IMG/VR virus record: IMGVR_UViG_3300015371_000016
Coordinates: 13,128-77,127 of that record
DNA length: 64,000 nt
Direction: 5' to 3' (one strand)
From: a virus
Shown: positions 56,777 to 64,000 of the stretch, piece by piece
Layout of the letters: each line of letters opens with the position of its first letter
Numbering within the stretch: position 1 is the stretch's first letter
Program-made: the position numbers and the translations under genes
Notes under the pieces: generated by a model
What the model saw: the letters and a program-made list of their open reading frames with translations, nothing else
The model's database searches: none
Told to the model about the DNA's origin: nothing

Positions 56777-56807
56777 AATCGCTCCTCGGATCGACGCCCT
56801 CGCCAAT

Positions 56808-57203
56808 CTAAGACAGCGTGCAAGACAGCGATCCGCTGTTAAAGATCACACTGTCGCCGGAGCTGATCGCACGTGCTGCCGTCACCGTGCCGAAGCGCAG
56901 ATTATTCCCGGCCGTCGCTGCTGTGGTATCCCACAGATGCATGCCTTGGATCGTACAAGCGGCCGAGAACGGGCCGAACGTCATATTGTTCGTATTGCTT
57001 GCCGTACCGCCTGACGCCGAGCCGAACGTCGCGATGATCCGTGAATAGCCGCTACCGGTGCCGATCTCGACATACGTGCCGATCACCGGTGTGCCGGTCG
57101 CCAGACCGAGCGCACGTTGCGCCGGCGACGACGCGGTCACCACCGCTCCGCCAAGTTCGAAGTTCAGCAGTAGATTTGCATTGGGCGTGTTGATGCCGGG
57201 CAC
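56808..57203 (-). CDS. Small tail-fibre/collar-associated structural protein
   Basis: E...GYSR..F, N...TF, LWD..TAGN, ISSGDS..F..GSL motif. Confidence 0.65.
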   Translation of the reverse strand: MPGINTPNANLLLNFELGGAVVTASSPAQRALGLATGTPVIGTYVEIGTGSGYSRIIATFGSASGGTASNTNNMTFGPFSAACTIQGMHLWDTTAATAGNNLRFGTVTAARAISSGDSVIFNSGSLSCTLS

Positions 57204-57289
57204 TGGTGGCTCTCCTTTAGGCTCGTGTTGTGAAAGGGACGCGCGTCGCTATGCGGCAGAGAGCCGCTGCACTTCGCAGACTTTAGCTA

Positions 57290-58462
57290 TTAGGCGGTGA
57301 CGAAAGCTGGCGCTTGCTCGAAACTTTCGCGCAAAATGGTGCCGTTCGCACCGAGACGGTGGCGTAGTGGCGCGATGTCATAAGGTTGATTGAGCAACGT
57401 CCTCGCCGCCTCGACCACAAGCTCAGGCGAGATATCGCTGATGCACGCTGCGCCGTCATTGCCCTTGTTCGGCCGACAGAACTCGATCGTGTCGTGGAGC
57501 TGGTGACAGGGCCAGCAATCCACCCGCTTCTGGTCGGCATGCAGCGACACGGTGTTCAGCCAATACTTGGAGATATTCTCCACGGACGCGTGCGACAGCA
57601 TGACGATCTTCGGCACTTGCTCGAATGCTACTGACCATAGTGCACCGGTATCCGGGCCGATCACTAAATCGCAGTGAATGAGCTGCGTCAGCGAACGGCG
57701 AATGTCCCACTCGATAACGATGCTCTTCCCGTCCTCTGTGCGGGTTGTCCATGCCGTGTGCAATCCTTCGATGGAGCCGTTTGCTCGTTCGATGTGCTCC
57801 ATCGTGGCCTTGCCGACTTGCTGCTCCCGTTCACTGGCGCCGAACATGATCACCGGAATACCCAGTTCGCGGATCAAGCGCTGCACCACATACATGCTGT
57901 TTGGGTAAAACTTGTCTAGCCGCGAACCGGCAATGCACCATCCGATGCAACGATCGCCGACCTTCTTCTTGGTCTCTATTGCCTTTTCGTGTTCAGCTTC
58001 GGTCGGATAGAATAGTGGTTCAGTGAAGTCGGGCTTCACATCGACGATTTCCGCCACCGCGTCGAGGTAATTCATCCCTCCATACTTGCGACGCCACTTC
58101 GCCGAGCGGGTGAATGTGGTCTGTGTCTGCGGGAAAGCGAGTTGGCATTCGCAACTATGCGAGAGATTGTGGAACACGTGGTATTCGCGCGCGCGCTTGT
58201 GCCAGAAGCTCTGCCAGTTCTCCATCGAGTCGGTCGGGATGTCCTTGTCCTTGATCTTTGTGATCTTGGAAATCCACGGATTGTTCTCGTACAGCCTCCA
58301 AAACCCGCCCTCAGCATCGTTGGTCAGCACGTCGATCTGATGGGTTCGTGACAGCGCCGGGAACACCGAAGCGGCCATCAGGTTGTCACCCACTCCTCCA
58401 CAGCGGGCGATACCCGCCCACGGCTTTATTGTCGGACGCACAAGCTCAGAAATGGCATCCAC
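57290..58462 (-). CDS. Glycosyltransferase family 9 (GT-B)
   Basis: GGVGDNL, ENNPWI, CDLVIGPDTG..VA..VPKIV.L, C.PCH..C..CI.DISPE.V. Confidence 0.85.
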   Translation of the reverse strand: MDAISELVRPTIKPWAGIARCGGVGDNLMAASVFPALSRTHQIDVLTNDAEGGFWRLYENNPWISKITKIKDKDIPTDSMENWQSFWHKRAREYHVFHNLSHSCECQLAFPQTQTTFTRSAKWRRKYGGMNYLDAVAEIVDVKPDFTEPLFYPTEAEHEKAIETKKKVGDRCIGWCIAGSRLDKFYPNSMYVVQRLIRELGIPVIMFGASEREQQVGKATMEHIERANGSIEGLHTAWTTRTEDGKSIVIEWDIRRSLTQLIHCDLVIGPDTGALWSVAFEQVPKIVMLSHASVENISKYWLNTVSLHADQKRVDCWPCHQLHDTIEFCRPNKGNDGAACISDISPELVVEAARTLLNQPYDIAPLRHRLGANGTILRESFEQAPAFVTA

Positions 58463-58698
58463 TATCCAATGCCTCCCGACGCAATACCATCGAAGGTCAC
58501 CGACATCTCGTGCACATGCCCGCCCGAGACGATCGCTGAAGTGAAGAATACCGACTTCTCGTCCAATTCATCGAGCACCGCGTCGATTGTCGGAACTCCC
58601 TGCGGCAAGTGACGTCGAAGCTCGTGCACTAGCATCTTGAACCGCGAAGTCGGATCAGGTTCGTCGGCGATCCGGTTAACTACGTCAATCATGGCCAC
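58462..58698 (-). CDS. Hypothetical protein
   Basis: 78 aa, coupled to the GT9 gene. Confidence 0.5.
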   Translation of the reverse strand: MAMIDVVNRIADEPDPTSRFKMLVHELRRHLPQGVPTIDAVLDELDEKSVFFTSAIVSGGHVHEMSVTFDGIASGGIG

Positions 58699-58704
58699 CC
58701 TTCC

Positions 58705-59421
58705 CTATATTGCCGAACGCTCATAGCGCCTAAACCAAGCGCCCTCAGCGCACAGCGTCAACGGCATCGGCTCGTCATGCACCAACACGAAGCCACCAGA
58801 CTCCAAACGCTCGCCGATATCGACACCGTCGTTGACCCAGGTGAAGTCGCCATCATTACGCGCCGGCACATAGCGATTGTCGCGATTGACCACATAGAGC
58901 GATGAGCCAACAACTAGCGCATTGAACAGCAAACGGATCGTTGCGTCAGGATCAAGCACGTGCTGCAAAGACCAGATCGCCATAGCGCCCTGCGCTCTCA
59001 ATCCTCGCTCAATAAGCAGTTGCATGCATTCCGGCGAGACGAAAGCACAATCATGTCGATCTTGCAGGTAACCGACACCATGTGCGCGCATGGTCGGCGA
59101 TATATCGACACCGAGCACGGTCGGAATAGATGGCTTCATCATCCGGCCGATGCCGCAACCGTAATCGATGATCAGCCTATCATCGTCGCGCCATTCGATC
59201 CGATCGATCAGGTAGGCGGTCTCTCGGTCCCAGCGTTGATTGGTGTTTAGATCAGCCTCGGGCGTGAGGATAATCGAGCGCGCTTGCTCCGCCGTCCGGC
59301 AGAGAAACACGGATGGATCGTATGTAGCTATGGTATCACCGTTGGCTGTGTAGGCAATGTGCCCTGATTGGTTCCGGAAATAGTCTGAAGTGCCTGCTGA
59401 TAGGTAAGCTTCGCTTGACAA
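58705..59421 (-). CDS. Class I SAM-dependent methyltransferase (start uncertain)
   Basis: IDYGCGIGR, VLGVDIS..M, WSLQH. Confidence 0.8.
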   Translation of the reverse strand: MSSEAYLSAGTSDYFRNQSGHIAYTANGDTIATYDPSVFLCRTAEQARSIILTPEADLNTNQRWDRETAYLIDRIEWRDDDRLIIDYGCGIGRMMKPSIPTVLGVDISPTMRAHGVGYLQDRHDCAFVSPECMQLLIERGLRAQGAMAIWSLQHVLDPDATIRLLFNALVVGSSLYVVNRDNRYVPARNDGDFTWVNDGVDIGERLESGGFVLVHDEPMPLTLCAEGAWFRRYERSAI

Positions 59422-59870
59422 TAAGTCTTGAATTCTTCCGGCGTGAAGTCGTGCGGCTGCCCTGACGTATCGACACGGGTTGCCACACCGTTTGGTAGCT
59501 CAAGACCCGCATTGATCGCCGACAGCAATCCAGTCTCCTCCGCGCTGGCAGCCAGACTGCATGAATAGGTGCCGTCTAGTCCAGGATTGCTCACACTGAT
59601 GATCGCAATCCCAGCAGCCAGCATAGCATCAGCTTGCTGCGCCAAGGTGGGTGGTGGTGGTGGCGGCCGATCAATCCATGTCGGCTGACCAGTTACCGGG
59701 TCGCTACCGAGCATCTTACCGGTCGGCGGGCTGGCGTAGGCGAATTCTGCCCATACCTGATCGGTGATTTCGACCGCATCGGATGGCCATGTGTTGGTCG
59801 CAATATACCGTTCCTGAAGAAGAACAGCATAAAAGCCCATCTGCTTCGGCGACCAAACGTGCGATCCCAT
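59328..59870 (-). CDS. Tail fibre assembly protein
   Basis: WSP..GFY, WPSDAVEIT, P.GKML, PTWIDRPPPP; follows tail fibre. Confidence 0.75.
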   Translation of the reverse strand: MGSHVWSPKQMGFYAVLLQERYIATNTWPSDAVEITDQVWAEFAYASPPTGKMLGSDPVTGQPTWIDRPPPPPPTLAQQADAMLAAGIAIISVSNPGLDGTYSCSLAASAEETGLLSAINAGLELPNGVATRVDTSGQPHDFTPEEFKTYCQAKLTYQQALQTISGTNQGTLPTQPTVIP

Positions 59871-59871
59871 G

Positions 59872-61248
59872 CTAAAATCCCATAGCAATCCAAGAGAATC
59901 CTATCTGCGCCGGATGTAGCGGATTGACCAAATTATTGCCCCACACCGCGAAGCCAGTCGGGTCCCAGCGGAACACTTGCACCGTGTTGCCATTGAAACC
60001 CGCATTTGCAATCACCGCTACTGCCCCGGCTATATTTTGGGTAGCGAACGCGGTGCCATAGAAGATGTTATTGCCCGTGTCAGTCGCTACGCCAGTTCCC
60101 CACTGTAGCAGAAATCCATTCGGCCCAAACTGCCACGAGCCGTTCGCGTTGGCGCCACCGGGAAAATCCGCAAGCAACGTCGCCGCATTAGGATCGCCTG
60201 AATTCGATGCGCCAAGAGAGGCGCGCAATCGACCATTGTTCGCGGTAACGTTGCCATTCAAGGAGGAAAGAGTCGCTCCAGTGACCTGACCGCCAGCGGC
60301 GATAGAGGCGCCGACGTTCAGCAGGCCCGATATACCGATAGTGGCGCCCGGCATGATAACATTGCCGGCATCGTCGATAGAGAATATAGCAGCCGTGTAA
60401 GCCGCGTTGACGACCTCAAATCGATTATTGATCGCTCGGATGAATTTGCTTGTCGTGGTCGGCGCACCGCGAAGTATGATATTCGCTCCGGTCGGCCCTG
60501 GATTTATTGCCAGACCAGCGAGACCCGTATCTGTGCCCGTGAGCGGCCCGCCGGAATTGATAGGCCCGGCGACATTAAAGCTACCAGTGGCGGTGATGCC
60601 TCGGACGACACTGATGTCGCCGAAGTCATTCATTTGGAAAATAATATTCTGGTAATTGCTATTGATGATCTCTAAAACGCCATCCCGCGCACGAATATAT
60701 TTGTTCGGCGTCGGGTTGCTACCGGTGTTTCCGAAAAGCGCGAGGCCGGCACCATTCGCTCCGGTGCTACGAACGTTAAGTCCTGCAACCGTGGCAGTGT
60801 TCGGATCAGTGACGGTGACCGAATTACTGAACGAACCAACACCTCCGACGCTCGTATTGCCAAGTACGGTCAGATTGCCAGTGACTCCAGTGACGTTAAA
60901 TGTCGGCGAGATCGACGCATCGGTCATGTGCGGCGTCTGCACCATGTTGCCCATCTGGCCCATAGTGACGCCGTTCCAGCAAAAATCACCGATCAGCCAA
61001 GAGCGCGCGGCGGTGCCTTCTTGAGCGCGCTGCACCGTGAGCACATCACCAGCTCGCGCGGTGCACCAGACCACCTCAAAATTCGCCTGTGTCGCCTGAT
61101 CATTTAAGGTCAGCGCGAACGCTTGTCCCGGCGCAGGATTAGGAAACAGTGATCCAGTCCCGGAGGCTAACGTGATCTGTGAGCCGCCCAGAGAAAGCGC
61201 AGCGCCAAGCGTCGATCGAGCATTATCGGCGAACAGAAAAATGGCCAT
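59872..61248 (-). CDS. Tail fibre protein
   Basis: FADNA.STL, GTGSLFP, EVV.CTAR.GD.LTV.RAQEGT N-terminus; internal repeat KY/FIRA..EIIN/EVVN; PNGFLLQWG and FSWIAMG C-terminus. Confidence 0.8.
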   Translation of the reverse strand: MAIFLFADNARSTLGAALSLGGSQITLASGTGSLFPNPAPGQAFALTLNDQATQANFEVVWCTARAGDVLTVQRAQEGTAARSWLIGDFCWNGVTMGQMGNMVQTPHMTDASISPTFNVTGVTGNLTVLGNTSVGGVGSFSNSVTVTDPNTATVAGLNVRSTGANGAGLALFGNTGSNPTPNKYIRARDGVLEIINSNYQNIIFQMNDFGDISVVRGITATGSFNVAGPINSGGPLTGTDTGLAGLAINPGPTGANIILRGAPTTTSKFIRAINNRFEVVNAAYTAAIFSIDDAGNVIMPGATIGISGLLNVGASIAAGGQVTGATLSSLNGNVTANNGRLRASLGASNSGDPNAATLLADFPGGANANGSWQFGPNGFLLQWGTGVATDTGNNIFYGTAFATQNIAGAVAVIANAGFNGNTVQVFRWDPTGFAVWGNNLVNPLHPAQIGFSWIAMGF

Positions 61249-61258
61249 TGATGGCTCC

Positions 61259-63055
61259 TCAATAGACGTAACGCGTGAAGCCACCTTCTTCGGGTATGTT
61301 GCCGATCTTCGGCACAACGATGTACTGCGGACCGTGTGCTGTAGCGGCCTGCTCCGTGCGCATACCGCCGATCCGTATCGTAAAGTCCACCGGCCCCTCT
61401 TGGTTCATAATATTCAGAACCGCCTGCACCGTCTGCATGCCATCATCGGCGATATTGACGCCATCGAACGTGGTCCAGCGGTTGAACAGAGAGCCACCGA
61501 GCGGCGGCAGCGGTATGTCAGGCCCGTCATAGAAACCCAGAGCCGCACCGTCTGCTCCGGAGGAGAACACGATCCGCATGTCGAGCACATTGTTCCACGA
61601 TCCAGCCTGAAGCTTGAGGAACATCCCGAATGACCAAGTGATGCCCGGTGAAGCGAGTATGTTGTTATCGAACTGTATACCGGTCGCGCCGCCGGCAGAG
61701 AAGCCATTCTGGAACCGTAAATCGACATAAGGGATTTGATTCTCGGTGCCAGTGCCGACGATGGTGCGCTCAAGATCGTCGGACCACTGGTCCCAGTCTC
61801 CGGGCAGATCGCCGGGAGTGCCGGGAGTGATGTTTTCTGGTCGCGGGTTTCGGGTGTAGTTGCTTACCCGCACGACCGACTGACCGCCAAACGGTATGAT
61901 GCCCGCTGTGGCACTCCAGCGACCGGCTAGGTTGAACGTGGAGCCGCGCGGCGAAGGATTGCCTACGATCCCAGCCGAAGCGTTGAACGAGCCACCCAGC
62001 GGCCACGTAGCCGCGCCACCGGCTACGGCAGCACGGATCGTCGGCGTCGCGGCGAAGAGACCTCCAGCCCTGAGCAGCGAGACGGGCTGAGCAGCTATGC
62101 CCGCAGCGGCGTCGAATCTGCCGCCAGTCATCCACTTCTGCGGTCCGCTGATCGTCGCCCTCACGTCGGCGCTTCCATCGAAACGGCCGGCCATCTGAAA
62201 GAAGGCAGGGAAGTTCGTCGGCGGTGACCAGATCAGCGAAAAGCTCTCCCACTGGATCAGGTCGGTCGGGCTGGGTGGAGGAGGCGGAGGAGTGGGTGGT
62301 GGCGGCGTCGGCGGCGGAGTAGGCGGAGGTGGTGGTGGAGGCGGCGGAACGCCCTGGCCTGGGAATACATCGTAGGCCAAGACGTTAGTGACGTGTGCGC
62401 CCTTGGGCAGTAAGCTGTTATCTGGAATAAAGTTGCCGGCCGCTGGCCCGAAATTCGTCTGGCAATACATCCGGTTATAGAGCCCAAAGCCCTGATTCCA
62501 GATGCCGCCGGGATTTGCGATCTCAAAGACTATCGAACGATCCCGATAGAAGCGGACCACCGATGGTGTGACTTCGAGTCCGTAGCTATGGAGTTGCCGG
62601 ATGTCCCAGCCCTGATCACTCGTGATATCGATCAAAGTGTCGCCGGGAAAGTCGTATGCCGACTGCGTCGCGTGCATGACGTTATTGTTGTCGGTCCACA
62701 GCGCGACATAGAAAGCCGGCGGCCACGTATCATGCGCTTGTGTTTCGAAGGCGTACAGCAGTCCCGGTAGCTGGTCCATCGCCACCGTTACTTCCCAGTA
62801 GCCGAACGGCAGCTCGAAATGGTTCGGCGACTGCCAGTTGTCCTGGATACCGGAAGTGTAAGGGTAAGGGATGTTGAAGCCGCCGGGCGTCACGAAGAGG
62901 TTCTGATTGAGACGCCCGCCAGTGTAATTATAGACCTGCCCGACTAGCGCTGGATCATTGGTCCACCACGCATCACCAGTGCCGTCATAGAAGCTGTCGC
63001 GGAACCACAGGTTTGAATTGAAGGACCCGAAAGTGTCGGAGAAGAGCAGTGCCAT
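61259..63055 (-). CDS. GH16-like + Pro-linker + AGRF-repeat + carbohydrate-binding-like structural protein
   Basis: LLFSDTF..W, FGYWEV, HSYGLE..VRFY.D; poly-Pro linker; five AGRFD-like repeats. Confidence 0.65.
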   Translation of the reverse strand: MALLFSDTFGSFNSNLWFRDSFYDGTGDAWWTNDPALVGQVYNYTGGRLNQNLFVTPGGFNIPYPYTSGIQDNWQSPNHFELPFGYWEVTVAMDQLPGLLYAFETQAHDTWPPAFYVALWTDNNNVMHATQSAYDFPGDTLIDITSDQGWDIRQLHSYGLEVTPSVVRFYRDRSIVFEIANPGGIWNQGFGLYNRMYCQTNFGPAAGNFIPDNSLLPKGAHVTNVLAYDVFPGQGVPPPPPPPPPTPPPTPPPPTPPPPPPSPTDLIQWESFSLIWSPPTNFPAFFQMAGRFDGSADVRATISGPQKWMTGGRFDAAAGIAAQPVSLLRAGGLFAATPTIRAAVAGGAATWPLGGSFNASAGIVGNPSPRGSTFNLAGRWSATAGIIPFGGQSVVRVSNYTRNPRPENITPGTPGDLPGDWDQWSDDLERTIVGTGTENQIPYVDLRFQNGFSAGGATGIQFDNNILASPGITWSFGMFLKLQAGSWNNVLDMRIVFSSGADGAALGFYDGPDIPLPPLGGSLFNRWTTFDGVNIADDGMQTVQAVLNIMNQEGPVDFTIRIGGMRTEQAATAHGPQYIVVPKIGNIPEEGGFTRYVY

Positions 63056-63058
63056 GGC

Positions 63059-64000
63059 TTATGTCGGGAAAGGCACGCCGGCACGTAGGTTTGCGCTGTC
63101 ATTCCGCTGCCATACGGTCACGGTATGTATGGTGAGCGGGTTCTCATTATTGGTGCCGATCATTAGCTTGAAACGCAAAGCATCCATCGGACTCCATGGA
63201 TCGATGTCGCGAGTTTGTGCCCAAGTACGATTTTGGACATATCTGGACCACGTGTAAGTGTTGCCGCGCTGCACACCGTCGATGTAGTTCTTGATGTAAC
63301 CCTGCGTGGTGCTCGTCGCGGGCACCCAGAGCCACGCATATTTATGCCGCTGCGTCAGGGTCGGGACCGGCAGCATGCCGCCGGGCTGGCCATTGTCGAG
63401 CGAGGTCCACATATCGCCCGTGGCGTCCCACAAGATTATTCCTGCATTGATGCCATCGGGTCCAGGCTGGGTGTTGAGGAATTCGGCCGCGTCATACTCG
63501 ATGCCGATGCCCTCCGGCAGAAATCCTGGAGTGTTGGGAAAAGCGTCTTCGATATTGTTGGCCCACCACGCCGGCCAACCTGAGCCCGTCTGTGATGTGG
63601 TCGGATTCTGGAACGACATATCGATTTCAAAATACCCACCACCGCCGAATGCGATGCCATGAAAGGTCGTGCCATTCGGACTACAGGTGCGCACATGGTC
63701 GTTCGCGTCGTAACCAGCGCTGCCCGGGCCGGGATCGATTAGCTCTTGATTTGCTAGCTGAGAAACCCGCTGCCCCGGCTGGACAAACCAATTCGTGTTC
63801 AGGATCAGCCCCGGCCCGTGCGTGCGCATATTATATCCCTGCGCCGCCGCTAGTGACGGCACCCCTGACGGTGGAGGTGGTGGTGGCGTAGGAGGAGGAG
63901 GCGTGGGCGGTGGCGGCGTGGGCGGTGGAGGTGTTGGTGGAGGAGGTGTTGGCGGTGGCGGCGTGGGCGGTGGCGGCGTGGGCGGTGGCGGCGGAGCCAA
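63059..64000 (-). CDS. Paralogue of the 3464..5008 C-terminal domain (5'-truncated by window end)
   Basis: Shared RTHGP, DPGPG, FGGGGYFEIDM, SGWPAWW, IE.DAAEF, RHKY.WLWVPAT..QGYIKNY, VTVWQ. Confidence 0.8.
   Translation of the reverse strand: MAPPPPPTPPPPTPPPPTPPPPTPPPPTPPPPTPPPPTPPPPPPSGVPSLAAAQGYNMRTHGPGLILNTNWFVQPGQRVSQLANQELIDPGPGSAGYDANDHVRTCSPNGTTFHGIAFGGGGYFEIDMSFQNPTTSQTGSGWPAWWANNIEDAFPNTPGFLPEGIGIEYDAAEFLNTQPGPDGINAGIILWDATGDMWTSLDNGQPGGMLPVPTLTQRHKYAWLWVPATSTTQGYIKNYIDGVQRGNTYTWSRYVQNRTWAQTRDIDPWSPMDALRFKLMIGTNNENPLTIHTVTVWQRNDSANLRAGVPFPT
63870..63996 (-). repeat. 15-bp coding repeat for (PPPPT)n linker
   Basis: GGCGGTGGCGGCGTG-like units encoding eight PPPPT units. Confidence 0.8.

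Noticed and set aside
1-64000. tRNA, integrase/att site, reverse transcriptase or DGR
   Set aside because: No cloverleaf, recombinase or RT motifs recognised; the paralogous domains are not restricted to adenine changes as a TR/VR pair would be

Overview
Partial genome of a tailed dsDNA phage, about 60% GC by eye, with a contractile-tail (Bcep781/DUF3383-like) morphogenesis module. The host is probably an alphaproteobacterium (GapR-like gene). The window looks like a cut through a circularly permuted genome. Late genes on the minus strand run from 28.8 kb leftwards (ParB-like, ABC/GNAT, terminase, portal, head, tail, tape measure running off position 1). They resume at the right end with fibres, glycan-binding proteins, GT9 and a methyltransferase. 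An early plus-strand cluster (29-36.4 kb), a minus-strand replication block (36.8-43.2 kb) and a plus-strand recombination/accessory block (43.2-51.5 kb) lie between. No integrase, cI repressor, tRNA or classical CRISPR array was seen. Three things stand out. (1) Between portal and head-morphogenesis genes is a cassette with a stand-alone Cas7/RAMP-like gene and a wHTH-like partner, interleaved with four strictly phased CGC-NN pentamer arrays and a structured leader: a candidate RNA-guided system with a non-contiguous guide code. (2) An intein whose HTH + DUF559/Vsr-like endonuclease is encoded on the opposite strand, nested inside the intein. (3) An early region punctuated by five twister and two hammerhead ribozymes, most directly upstream of a conserved ACAGAGGA leader. 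Family names come from motif recognition only; no database search was run.
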